A DNA stretch of 63,807 nt, filler included, from Octopus bimaculoides (taxonomy: Eukaryota): assembly GCF_001194135.2 (NCBI RefSeq). It is 9 parts of 7 records of this genome, joined end to end, with 100 filler letters (N's around TTAATTAATTAA, not from the genome) between each part and the next. Parts side by side here need not be neighbours in the genome. Positions count along the whole stretch, not along the records: positions 1 to 28,477 come from NC_068992.1; positions 28,578 to 32,420 come from NC_068982.1; positions 32,521 to 40,512 come from NC_068983.1; positions 40,613 to 45,382 come from NC_068983.1; 5 more parts are not named here. One strand, 5' to 3'. Below the pieces are notes generated by a model. The model was not told the DNA's origin and ran no database searches. It saw only the letters and a program-made list of their open reading frames with translations. This document shows, one piece after another, positions 28,401 through 40,678 of the stretch. How positions within the stretch are numbered: position 1 is the first letter of the stretch; each line of letters begins with the position of its first letter. The translations under genes were made by a program, and so were the position numbers.

Positions 28401-28477
28401 CATTTCTTTTATTAGCCACACAGGGCTCAACGAAGATGGGACAAATACAATGTAGAGCTTTTCTTTTTGGGAGGGGG
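28401..28477 (-). mobile_element. 3' terminus of an L1/Tx1-like LINE abutting (ATCT)n
   Basis: Minus strand ...gtatttgtcccatcttcgttgagccctgtgtggctAATAAAgaaatg(tatc)n is homologous to the 3' end of the element at 46455-47277. Confidence 0.6.
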
Positions 28478-28577
28478 NNNNNNNNNNNNNNNNNNNNNNN
28501 NNNNNNNNNNNNNNNNNNNNNTTAATTAATTAANNNNNNNNNNNNNNNNNNNNNNNNNNNNNNNNNNNNNNNNNNNN
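28478..28577. other. Artificial 100-bp scaffold join (44N-TTAATTAATTAA-44N). The 12-mer is at 28522, 32465, 40557, 45427, 54320, 56936, 60995 and 62422.
   Basis: Identical 12-mer with stop codons in all six frames, centred in N runs eight times; 44-N flanks counted directly at this join. Confidence 0.95.
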
Positions 28578-28618
<41 letters not shown>

Positions 28619-29508
28619 CTGTGTGTGTGTGTGTGTGTATGTACGTATATATCACATATTCTGAATTGCTTGACACTCCATTCATCAGAGACCAAATCCG
28701 ATCTCGGCATTTTCTGTCCGTCAGTCGGTTTCAAGCAATAACGATCAGTATTATTAATACTAAAGAATATTCAGGCGGGCATGTTTTAACCACGTGTGTC
28801 TGTCTGCCTGTCTGCATGTATGTATTACACACACACACACTCACACACACACATATATAAATTTTTATATATACATATTACATAACTTATCTATTTAAAA
28901 TTGCCTAGATCGGGCTGTGGTCTCTGATGAAGTGGGTGTCGAGCAGTGCAGAATATGATTATACATACATNNNNNNNNNNCTCCCTTCATCAGAGACCGC
29001 AATCCGACCGGGAGAACTTCTGTCAGTGACAATCTTTAGGACAATAGCAAGCGGCATTATTAATACTAAAACATAATCGAACATGTTTTAACGACATTGC
29101 AACACATTCTTACTTCTGACGACGATGTAGCTATTACAACAAACTTTGCAAAGATACGAACCATTCCGTAGTAAGTAAGTAGTTATAATCTGCTATTCCA
29201 TTCCTTTATTCTTTTATTAACGTATCTCATAACCATGGTGACACATACTGTCATTCTTTAAGTCACAGACCCGCGGCGACTCATCTAGACTGCCATCATT
29301 GCACTCATCTATTTTCACACATCATTCACCCTCGGTAATCTAAGCCTGAAAGACATGGGCATCTATTAGAGAGCTAGGAAACTTTAAGTTGCATGGACCC
29401 GAATGAAACTATTAAATGATGCATGTAACACCTACTAAATTCGCTTAGTGCCTTCCTCTTTCGTTTGTCCTTTCACTCGTAAATATAAATCATGTGTGTG
29501 TGTTTGAG

Positions 29509-29553
<45 letters not shown>

Positions 29554-30319
29554 NNNNNNNNNNNNNNNNNNNNNNNNNNNNNNNNNNNNNNNNNNNNNNN
29601 NNNNNNNNNNNNNNNNNNNNNNNNNNNNNNNNNNNNNNNNNNNNNNNNNNNNNNNNNNNNNNNNNNNNNNNNNNNNNNNNNNNNNNNNNNNNNNNNNNNN
29701 NNNNNNNNNNNNNNNNNNNNNNNNNNNNNNNNNNNNNNNNNNNNNNNNNNNNNNNNNNNNNNNNNNNNNNNNNNNNNNNNNNNNNNNNNNNNNNNNNNNN
29801 NNNNNNNNNNNNNNNNNNNNNNNNNNNNNNNNNNNNNNNNNNNNNNNNNNNNNNNNNNNNNNNNNNNNNNNNNNNNNNNNNNNNNNNNNNNNNNNNNNNN
29901 NNNNNNNNNNNNNNNNNNNNNNNNNNNNNNNNNNNNNNNNNNNNNNNNNNNNNNNNNNNNNNNNNNNNNNNNNNNNNNNNNNNNNNNNNNNNNNNNNNNN
30001 NNNNNNNNNNNNNNNNNNNNNNNNNNNNNNNNNNNNNNNNNNNNNNNNNNNNNNNNNNNNNNNNNNNNNNNNNNNNNNNNNNNNNNNNNNNNNNNNNNNN
30101 NNNNNNNNNNNNNNNNNNNNNNNNNNNNNNNNNNNNNNNNNNNNNNNNNNNNNNNNNNNNNNNNNNNNNNNNNNNNNNNNNNNNNNNNNNNNNNNNNNNN
30201 NNNNNNNNNNNNNNNNNNNNNNNNNNNNNNNNNNNNNNNNNNNNNNNNNNNNNNNNNNNNNNNNNNNNNNNNNNNNNNNNNNNNNNNNNNNNNNNNNNNN
30301 NNNNNNNNNNNNNNNNNNN

Positions 30320-30354
<35 letters not shown>

Positions 30355-31076
30355 TATATAGATATAGATACAGATAAATACATATATATGTGTATGTGTA
30401 TGTATGTATGTAACTATACTTTTATACATACACACACACATACACACATATATATATATATACATAGACCTCTGTATACCTACATACGTACATACTTACC
30501 TCCTTTCCTACATACATCCATGCTTCCATCCATATATCCATGCATTCATACATAATACATACATACATACATACAAACATACATACATGCAAACATACAT
30601 ACATGCAAACATACATGCATGCATGCATACGTATACAAATGTGAGATGTGAGAAAATTGCTTCGGTGTTTTAAAGTAATGGACATCAAAGAGATATTTAA
30701 GAGGGAAACTTCTGTCAATAAATCAACCGGAAAAGATCATAACAATGAAACCATAAATATTTACAGTTATCATAACAAGCTATTGTTTATTTAAATAAGG
30801 CACATATCTGTGCAGACTACTTACGCCATTTTTGCATTCATTGTATTTTCGACTGATGTGCAACGGATCAGAAAATGTAATTTCATCTTCAGAAAGTGAT
30901 AGTGAAAGGTTTTCAACCATCATTGCCATTGTGTGTGTACGTGCCTGTGTGTATGTGTATGTCTGAGTATATGTATTATGTATACACTTACACACACAAC
31001 ATACACACACGCACACACACACACACATATACATATACATATATATTGGAAAGTTTGGAGGTGATGTACAGGAATT

Positions 31077-31392
31077 ATATATTAGAAAAAATAATAATCA
31101 GGTACTCAGATGTCTGGATGGTTGTATATTTACAGCTTTTCATTCATATGTCACATGTTTTATAAATTAGCGCTTTCACCTAGTCTTGTAGGTTTATCAA
31201 ATTTTGAGAGAAATTAATCTTGTAGGTTTATCAAATTTTTGTAGGTTTATCAAATTTTTGTAGGTTTATCAAATTTGATAAACCTACAAGACTAGGTGAA
31301 AGCGCTAATTTATAAAACATCTGACATATCAATGAAAAGCTGTAAATATACAACCATCCAGACATCTGAGTACCTGATTATTATTTTTTCTC

Positions 31393-31398
<6 letters not shown>
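31077..31398. repeat. Fold-back palindrome, ~125-bp arms, with tandem copies of ttgtaggtttatcaaattt at the centre
   Basis: Arms 31077-31203 and 31274-31398 differ at about 3 positions; perfect central palindrome ttgtaggtttatcaaatttgataaacctacaa. Confidence 0.95.
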
Positions 31399-31418
<20 letters not shown>

Positions 31419-31423
<5 letters not shown>

Positions 31424-31630
31424 AACATAATTATAATTAGGGTTCAGCAAAAATTGATTCACCACATACCGAAATTTAGAAATAACAGTTAAATACTATT
31501 CCACTACCATAATATATCTCCCAGACAGAGATATATTATGGTAGTGGCATAGTATTTAACTGCTATTTCTAAATTTCGGTATGTGGTGATGCAATTTTTG
31601 CTGAGCCCTAATTTTCAATTATGCTTATAA
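31419..31630. repeat. Fold-back palindrome, ~100-bp arms, 7-nt loop (31521-31527)
   Basis: aattagggttcagcaaaaattg...atatatctc / gagatatat...caatttttgctgagccctaatt. Confidence 0.95.
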
Positions 31631-31738
31631 TTATAAAAATTTTGTATAAGTTTACCGATAATGGTTCTTTTAACATACCGAACTACTTGGTGAAATTATT
31701 AGATGTTAATTATCAATTTTCACCCTATATCAATATCA

Positions 31739-31797
<59 letters not shown>

Positions 31798-32699
31798 CAC
31801 ACACACTATGAATTAAAAGCAGCGCTAGCATTGTAAACCTTATCGACTTCACATACTTAATGTACCGATGTGATTCAGGTACGTGATGTTGATAAGCTAC
31901 AAAAATGGTGAAATATTGGTATCCACCACTTCTGAACGAGATTGAGGCTTGTTGTCTCACCTGTCTATGACTTTAAGGTGTTTTAACGCCCACTGGTATG
32001 AGGGAGTCCTCCCCAAAACGCTATGCAGCCAGTGAGAGATTTTAAAATCACTGGCCGATAAATTTCTTAATGTCTGCCTCACGTGGTCTTGATGTTGCAT
32101 GGTCAAAATTAACGTGAGTTATTTAGACATTGGCAAATTTATTAGAATATTGGGCTGAAGATCGGAATGGGGAAATTCATACCCTTAACCGTGAAACGTC
32201 GTACCCAATTAACTAAAGGCAGGTTTGTTTTTTTACTCTTCTCTTCTGTTTTTTGTTCTGTGTGTACCATAAATATCGCTATCAATTAGAGAAAAATTTG
32301 TAGTTTTGGAATCAGTAGTTCTGAGACAGTTAAAACTTTTGTCTAGAATCAATTACTAGCCTGATAGACTCGGCTATGTCAAGATGGACTTATGTATTCT
32401 TCCTCACATTTGGATTTTTANNNNNNNNNNNNNNNNNNNNNNNNNNNNNNNNNNNNNNNNNNNNTTAATTAATTAANNNNNNNNNNNNNNNNNNNNNNNN
32501 NNNNNNNNNNNNNNNNNNNNGTTTTGAATCAAATCCCAAAGATGTCAGCAAAATACACACTCGCCAAATCATGCCCTTCGATTTAACAAATTATAACCTC
32601 GCTCGGAAATCTATGTTTTCGTTGTTTCAAAGTTTTACACCATTGTTCTCCTATAAATGAATATAAAATATGGCAATATACATAGACAATTGAGTCCGT

Positions 32700-33690
32700 T
32701 TTTACGTTCTGAGTTCAAATTCCGCCGAGGTCGACTTTAATTGTCATCCCTTTTGGAACCGATAAAATAAGTACTAATTGAACACTAGGGTCGATATAAT
32801 CGATTAACTTCCAGCCCCAAAATTACTGGCCTTGTGCCAAAATTTGAAACCAATATAGGCAGTTAAAGGTGACGAAATGGCTGAATTGTTTACCGCGCCC
32901 AACAAAACGCTTAGCAACATTTCTTCCGACTTTACGTTCTGAGTTCAAATGCCGCCGGGGTTGACTTTGCTTTTCATCCTTTCGGAGATGAAATAAATAC
33001 CAATTGAACACTGGAATCGATATAATTGACTTATCCCGCAGCCCCAAAATTGCTGGCCTTGTTCAAAATCTTGAAGCCTATATATATAAACAGTTGAAGG
33101 CAGCGAGCTGGCAGAATTGTTACTGCGTCGGACTAAATGCTTAGCGGCTTTCCTTCCGAATTTATGTTCTGTGTTCAAATGCTGTCGGGGGATTTACCTT
33201 TCATCTTCTCGTGATCGATAAAATAAGTACCAGTTGAACACTCAGAGGGATGTAATCGGCTTTCATTCCTTCTCTGAAATTGGTGATCTTGTGTCAAAAT
33301 TTGAAACCAATATGAATTGACACTTAAACAAAATACCTCTATGTATGTAAATCGGGTCATTTTACCTCCTTCGTTCCAGTCCACCAAGATCAAACTTGCA
33401 TTGTATAATCCAAGATGCATAGCTTATTCGAACTTTCGAAAAAATATTAGAACTGATAATATAGGGGGATTTACCAAAGGCGGCGTGCTGGCACGCCGGA
33501 CATTGATATTTCACTTATTTAGCGGTATTTCACCCATTTTACCTTCTGAGCTCAAATTCAGGCGTGGCCGACTTTGCCTTTCATCCTTTCGGGGTAGATT
33601 AAATGAGTAGCAATTAAACACTGGGTTCAATGTTATTGTCTTAAACCCTCTCCTAAAATTTCTGGCCTTGTGCCAAAATTTGAAATCAAT
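32700..33690 (+). mobile_element. Head-to-tail cluster of four SINE family A copies
   Basis: Copies start at about 32700 (partial), 32865, 33097 and 33477. They show A-box-like tggcagaattgtta and B-box gttcaaat, and end near aaatttgaaaccaat. Confidence 0.8.
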
Positions 33691-33728
33691 GTACTAGGAT
33701 ACATTTACATTTCTTCTTTTTTGAAATA

Positions 33729-33956
33729 TTGGGTTGTCCGGGAAGTTCGTGCCGATTTATAGTAGCTTACCTTTCGACTTATTTGCCATTAAACCACCTC
33801 AATTCTGGGAAGAGGGTATTTTCAAGTTAAAGGAAAGATGGAGACGCATTGTGCAACAAAATGGTTCATATTTGGTTGATTAAAAATGTAATGGCAAGTA
33901 TTTATTGAACTTTTTCTTTCCTTTAAAAATCGGCACGAACTTTCCGGACAACCCAA
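33729..33956 (+). mobile_element. 228-bp mariner deletion derivative (MITE) with TIRs and TA TSD
   Basis: TA-ttgggttgtccgggaagttcgtgccgattt ... aaatcggcacgaactttccggacaacccaa-TA; retains the transposase C-terminus KPPQFWEEGIFKLKERWRRIVQQNGSYLVD*. Confidence 0.92.
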
Positions 33957-34129
33957 TATTATGATAAGCAGATGAGTCCGTACCATATTTTAGAGTCTTG
34001 ACGACCTATGATGTGTCTTGCGCAATTTACAGTGGAGGAGCTCATCACATACATGTTTAAACACCAACGCTTTTTCCAGAGAAATAAAGTGAGCGTGAGA
34101 AGAATGAGAAGATGTATAACAATACTACT

Positions 34130-34255
34130 ATTTTACTGACCCCGAAACGATGAAAGGCAAAGTTGACCTCAGCGAGAATTGAGTTCGGAGTGCAGAAAGC
34201 TGGAATGAATACAACAAAGTTATTTAACCTGATACGATAATGAATCTGCCAATTC
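34130..34255 (-). mobile_element. SINE family A copy
   Basis: gacccgaaacgatgaaaggcaaagttgacctcagcgagaattgagttcggag is the reverse complement of the family core. Confidence 0.6.
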
Positions 34256-34583
34256 AAGGTCACACCTTTAAAATAAAGTGGTCATTGAATCCAGCTTAGA
34301 TATGTGGTCTTGCGTTTAAAGAAAAAAAATCATTACCATTTGAAAGTAACAGAATGAGGAATATACAATTTATTCAGTCTTTTATTCTTTACATTATGTG
34401 TTTTGATTTCATCAGATTTTCCCTTCCCTCCTCCGAGTTCCCATGATTTCTTTTCAAAGAACAAAGGCCATTATAATAGCATCATGTGTTTACAATGTCT
34501 TTGAAGTATTGTCTGACATTTTTCTTTTCCCTTTCAAATTTTCTTTCGCGTTACTATTTCCCAGGTTCTCTTTCAATAACATG

Positions 34584-34636
<53 letters not shown>

Positions 34637-35476
34637 GAAACACACACACACACAAAACACACACACACACGCACACTCACATACGAATTTAAGATTAAAA
34701 TANNNNNNNNNNNNNNNNNNNNNNNNNNNNNNNNNNNNNNNNNNNNNNNNNNNNNNNNNNNNNNNNNNNNNNNNNNNNNNNNNNNNNNNNNNNNNNNNNN
34801 NNNNNNNNNNNNNNNNNNNNNNNNNNNNNNNNNNNNNNNNNNNNNNNNNNNNNNNNNNNNNNNNNNNNNNNNNNNNNNNNNNNNNNNNNNNNNNNNNNNN
34901 NNNNNNNNNNNNNNNNNNNNNNNNNNNNNNNNNNNNNNNNNNNNNNNNNNNNNNNNNNNNNNNNNNNNNNNNNNNNNNNNNNNNNNNNNNNNNNNNNNNN
35001 NNNNNNNNNNNNNNNNNNNNNNNNNNNNNNNNNNNNNNNNNNNNNNNNNNNNNNNNNNNNNNNNNNNNNNNNNNNNNNNNNNNNNNNNNNNNNNNNNNNN
35101 NNNNNNNNNNNNNNNNNNNNNNNNNNNNNNNNNNNNNNNNNNNNNNNNNNNNNNNNNNNNNNNNNNNNNNNNNNNNNNNNNNNNNNNNNNNNNNNNNNNN
35201 NNNNNNNNNNNNNNNNNNNNNNNNNNNNNNNNNNNNNNNNNNNNNNNNNNNNNNNNNNNNNNNNNNNNNNNNNNNNNNNNNNNNNNNNNNNNNNNNNNNN
35301 NNNNNNNNNNNNNNNNNNNNNNNNNNNNNNNNNNNNNNNNNNNNNNNNNNNNNNNNNNNNNNNNNNNNNNNNNNNNNNNNNNNNNNNNNNNNNNNNNNNN
35401 NNNNNNNNNNNNNNNNNNAATTGCACATACGCCAGTGTATATTCCTTAAAGGTAAAACAACAACGACAACAACAGC

Positions 35477-35562
<86 letters not shown>

Positions 35563-36031
35563 TAATAAAAAGGAGTAGCAGTAAAGAGATATCTGTGTTT
35601 CAGATAAGTATAAAGAAAAGAAATGGTGTTAAGTATTTTCTTATGTGAAGATATTTGGCTACATATAGATTGCTCATGTTAAACAGTTTTGTGGTGAGGC
35701 AGATGTTGAAATATAAATATCAGTTTAATGAAGACTGCTTAAGGCAATAGCATATTGAAAGCATTCGTAGTTGTCCTATTGCTAAAGGCAAGAAACATTG
35801 GCGACTGGTTAGTAATTGTGTGTATCAGATAGGATATATCTTCTAGTTGAGGATCTCACACAAAAACAAGCTTGTTCTTCTTATATATAGAGTCACAACT
35901 GTTCGAATCAATAGACTGGTGTTTAAAAACATACATGGTGTATATGCTTTCCAAGTCTTTCCACCCGTCCATACATCTATGAATTGATCCATTTAACTAT
36001 CTGTCCTCCTTTCTCTTTCTCTTTCCATCTC

Positions 36032-36138
<107 letters not shown>

Positions 36139-37000
36139 TACGGGTATGAATATGTGTGTGTATACATTCATATATGTATGTACATATATATGTGTGTATG
36201 TATGTGTATATATTATATAAAAAATGAAAAAAATGCATTTGAAATAAACAACGAGATAAAAGCGTATACGTATATTGAGGGTACAACCAAACGAGAGACA
36301 GACACAAAGGGTCCATAACTCTTCCTCAGTTGTCAACCAAAATGGTAATACTCAGTTTCGCACTATTAATGATAAGATCGAGACCTTCTCATATTGGTGG
36401 TGGCTGCGAAAATCGTAGAGAACGTCGGGCCTCAGGCAAACAAAAAAGAAAAACACAGAGTGGACATACGAAAGTTAAAAAAATGTAATCAAAGATGATG
36501 GACAAAGACAAAGTAAATAGGAAACGAGCGAAATACGGCCCTAGGGTCAAAAAGACAAGAGTGGTGGGTAACGCTTAGAAGAAATCCTAAAGGTTATAGA
36601 CATAGCAAGACAAAGAAATGTTTTGCGACCGAATGGCTGGGCGGCCGGTGTGAAAAGGAGAAAGAAGGGAAGCTGGCTACGGGTCAGGTGTCAGCAATAG
36701 GTAGAGGAAGAAAATGGTGAGAATAGGGGAAGAAATAAAGGGGGAAGGGGGAAGGAGAAAGGCTACAAATACGAATATTAAGGCGTGAAAGAAAGAGAGG
36801 GAAAAGGAGGAAATGGACTGGCTAGAAATAGAAGTAAGAGGGCAAGAGTGAAAAGAATAAATAGTGAAGGCAGAGTATAGCCACACAGAATATATATAAA
36901 CTTACTGTTAAAAATGTCGGGCATGCGCGCGTACCGTTACTTAATAAATGAAAAAATGCATTGTAAATAAACAACGACAGATAAAATACGTATACGAATA

Positions 37001-37092
37001 CAGTAATCCCTCGACTATCGCGGGTGTTACGTTCCAACCACTACCACCCCTCCCCGATAGATGAAAAACCACGAAGTAGAAACACTACTGTA
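37001..37092 (+). mobile_element. Tigger/pogo-like left end
   Basis: TA-cagtaatccctcgactatcgcgggtgttacgttcc; CAGT-type pogo terminus, with the right end only weakly recognisable. Confidence 0.45.
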
Positions 37093-37122
37093 TTGCATAT
37101 TTTTTTTAATTAATTTTTATAA

Positions 37123-37197
37123 GCTCGGAAGGTTGGGTCTCCAGCCAGGCCTTTCGCGACACCCTTAAATCCAGGAACTTTTCAGCACCCCCTCGTA
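37123..37197 (+). mobile_element. Right half of the mariner-type MITE seen whole at 49414-49623
   Basis: ggaaggttgggtctccagccaggcctttcgcgacacccttaaatccaggaacttttcagcaccccctcg-TA. Confidence 0.7.
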
Positions 37198-38291
37198 TAG
37201 TTTCCAAAACCATTTACAATGCTATTCTCAGGCAGGTTTATCTTGTTGATCACAAAATGAAACACCAGCACCAGAATCTTTTAAACGTTTAAAACCAGAA
37301 CGTTTAAAATATATATGATTATGGAGCATTCTAATGAAAACAGCAGTTCGGTGTAAACAAAATAGAACTTATATTGTTCTATGGGACATGGAACGATAGT
37401 TATGCAAAGTTATAGAGAAGAGCTAGACGGCGGTTGTCAGGTCAGGTACGAGGGCATGTGCCGTTACAACAGTCGCAGCCGTCACTTCATCCACCAATTT
37501 TCGGAATGAGTACGTGTGATCTTGGCAACCCACCGAACAGTGACCCAGTCTGATCCCATCACCGCAAGGCATTTCCTCATCAGCCGTCACCATGGGGCAT
37601 TTAGCCAACTAACACAAGCCGTCGTCTCAGCCGGATCCTCAGGGAAGAGAACACAGTACGCAAGATCCACCTTGGAAGGTCGAGCAACATGACCAAACGC
37701 TCTAAGCAGATGTAGATCTTATTAAAATTTTGGAACAAATCTACAATAGACGAATGTGAAACTTAGACTTGTATTAAGATTATAGATTTTCGCTGTGTAA
37801 CCAGCGATTTGCATTAAAAAAAAAAAAAAACTAGAAAAGCTAGAATTTTCCAAGAAAGTAAAAATGACTCAGACTGGCTCACATATTTTAAATCTACTTG
37901 TTTGCTTACAGTGAACATTTTAAAAGCATTTCTGAGAGATACCCCACTTGAATTTCCAAGAATAAACATATGTGTACAATTATATTTGTATATAAGTTTT
38001 ATACTCAGCACCACAGTTTGATGTGCGTCAATATATAAACAGATTCACCTCAATATAGACACAAACAAACATGCACACACTGACATGCTCATAAACCACA
38101 GGAATTATCCCGACTCAAAACAAATAAAGTTGTGCCGCTTTACTTCAATTTTATAAAGAACTCATGGAGTCTTAAGAAAATAATATACATAGTATATACA
38201 TACGAATGTAAATGTATAACTACAAACAAATTATGCACGCGTATATGCATTCTTCAATATAAACACAGATACATAGATAAGAATAGATATC

Positions 38292-38356
<65 letters not shown>

Positions 38357-38409
38357 CTGTCTATCATCTCTCTCTCTCTCTCTCNNNNNNNNNNTCTCTC
38401 TCTCTCTCT

Positions 38410-38478
<69 letters not shown>

Positions 38479-38704
38479 CGTGTGTGTGTGTGTATGTATA
38501 TAGTTCAGAAAGCAGATCTAAAAGCACTGAAAGGCAGTGCTCCAGCATGGCTCCAGTAAAAGAATGAAAGAACATATATATATATAAATGTATATATAAA
38601 TACACACACACACACACGCATATACATGTATGTATGTATGTATGTATGTATGTATGTATGTATGTATGTATGTACGTATGTATGTATGTGCGTATATGTG
38701 TATG

Positions 38705-38812
38705 TTATTGTTCAGTTTTATCTCAAAATTTCTTGCCAATAGAGAAAGCGCCGGTTCAAGGTACCTTCAGGCATCTTCATTGGAATTTCAACATCAACAA
38801 CAGAGTATTTTT
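38705..38812 (-). mobile_element. ~108-bp unit flanked on both sides by (CATA)n; homolog of 55151-55258
   Basis: Shared tttcttgccaataga...cttcattggaatttcaacatcaacaacag.gtatttttgt. Confidence 0.8.
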
Positions 38813-38873
38813 GTTTGTTTGTATGTATGTATGTATGTATGTATGTATTTATGTATGTATGTATGTGTGCATG

Positions 38874-38925
<52 letters not shown>

Positions 38926-39404
38926 TATTATGCTTGTATACATATATATACTGATGTATTTATGTATATATGTACACGCAGACATGTTTTTATATACACG
39001 CATGTACATCTCCCACATATAGATATATACATATGCAAAGAGAAAAGTGAAAGAGAGAGATATATAGTCCTCCATGCATACATACATACATACATACATA
39101 CATACATACATACATACATACATACATACAATGTCATCAAAATATTACAAACATATGCGCCCTAGGTTTTCTGTTAAAATAATATACGGTGATATCCGTT
39201 GACCGACTACTTGGAGACGAATATGGAAACTATTTCTGAAGTTAAGAATATCCGTACTTTGCAACACAAAGAATTTTGGCGATACATTTCAATCCAACTT
39301 CCGCAAACTGTCAACGCAGCAAACATAGTATGCTCATTTGGAACAAACAAAAAAGTATTGTTCCAGCAATGAGAGCGTTTCCTTTAAAATTTAGAGTAAT
39401 AAGA

Positions 39405-40075
39405 ATCTTTTCTACTCTAGGCACAAGCCCCAAAATTTTTTGGGGAGGGACCCAGTTGATTAGATTGACCCCAGTATGTAACTGCTACTTAAGTTATCGA
39501 CCCCGAAAGGATGAAGGGCAAAGTCGACTTCAGCGGAATTTGAACTCAGAACATAAAGACAGACAAAATACCGCTAAGCATTTCGCCCGGCGTGCTTAAC
39601 GGTTCTGCCAGATTTAGAGTAATAAGAATATCTAAGCAAGGCGCCGCACTGGCAGAAACGTTAGCATACCGGGCGAAATGTTTTGCGGTATTTCGGCTGC
39701 CGCTACGTTCTGAGTTCAAATTCCGCAGAGGCCGACTTTGCCTTTCATCCTTTCGGAGTCGATTAAATAAGTACCAGTTACGCACTGGGGTCGATATAAT
39801 CGACTTAATCCGTTTGTCTGTCCTTGTTTGTCCCCTCTGTGTGTAGCCACTTGTAGACAGTAAAGAAATAAGAAACGTTAGCACGCTAGGCGAAATGCTT
39901 AGCTGTAATTCGTCTGCCGTTACGTTCTGAGTTCAAATTCCGCCGAGGTCGACTTTGCTTTTTATCCTTTCGGAGTCGATGAATTAAGTACCAGTTGCGT
40001 ACTAGAGTCGGTCTAATCAAATAGCCCCTCTTCCAAAATTTACAACCTTGTGCCTATAATAGAAAGGATTATGAG
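39405..40075. mobile_element. SINE family A cluster: one minus copy (~39405-39610) and two plus copies (~39635-39860, ~39875-40075)
   Basis: Repeated cgttctgagttcaaattccgc.gagg.cgactttgc core in both orientations. Confidence 0.8.
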
Positions 40076-40099
40076 ATTCCTAGTGGACTACCGTTTCCT

Positions 40100-40235
40100 G
40101 ATCACTTGTGTCATCGACAAACAAATGCTTGCCTGATACGAGTTAATTCATTAGCAGTGAAAAGTATTTCATAAGTCTCTGTAGCGCTTTTACCCAGTTT
40201 CACACAAGACCTCATCATTGCACAGAGAGCTTCAA
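40100..40235 (-). mobile_element. Mariner transposase N-terminal remnant
   Basis: Minus strand MMRSCVKLGKSATETYEILFTA resembles the mariner start (IKFCVKLGKSATET). Confidence 0.55.
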
Positions 40236-40612
40236 AATAGTCTTCATGCACCGTCTTCATTCTGCAAACCAGTCAGGTGTGACAAGCAACATTTAGTAGC
40301 GTATATTCAAAGTGTTGTTACAGCCGTCTCCTTTAATCTGGAATAATAAGAGTTGGCAAGTCAGCTTATTAGATACATAGTAATTATATACTACAATGAT
40401 AATAATCTAAAACAGTTATAACTGCCTCTCATAGAAACATTTGAAAGTTTCTGGAATGCACCTGGTAATTATAATATTGTAATTAAAATATTGTGCGAAT
40501 ACGTGCACGTATNNNNNNNNNNNNNNNNNNNNNNNNNNNNNNNNNNNNNNNNNNNNTTAATTAATTAANNNNNNNNNNNNNNNNNNNNNNNNNNNNNNNN
40601 NNNNNNNNNNNN

Positions 40613-40678
<66 letters not shown>

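Noticed and set aside
31219-31275. Tandem 20-bp repeats as a possible CRISPR-like array
   Set aside because: No spacers, eukaryotic context, no cas genes; it is the stuttered centre of a palindrome.
32865-32960. tRNA-like A/B boxes as a tRNA gene
   Set aside because: No cloverleaf; these are SINE heads repeated throughout the window.
36295-36335. CTGAGGAAGAG...CTCTC hammerhead-like motif (minus strand)
   Set aside because: GAAAC is absent.
37410-37710. GC-rich island with minus ORF 37423-37608
   Set aside because: No recognisable motif; probably a TE UTR that cannot be classified from one copy.
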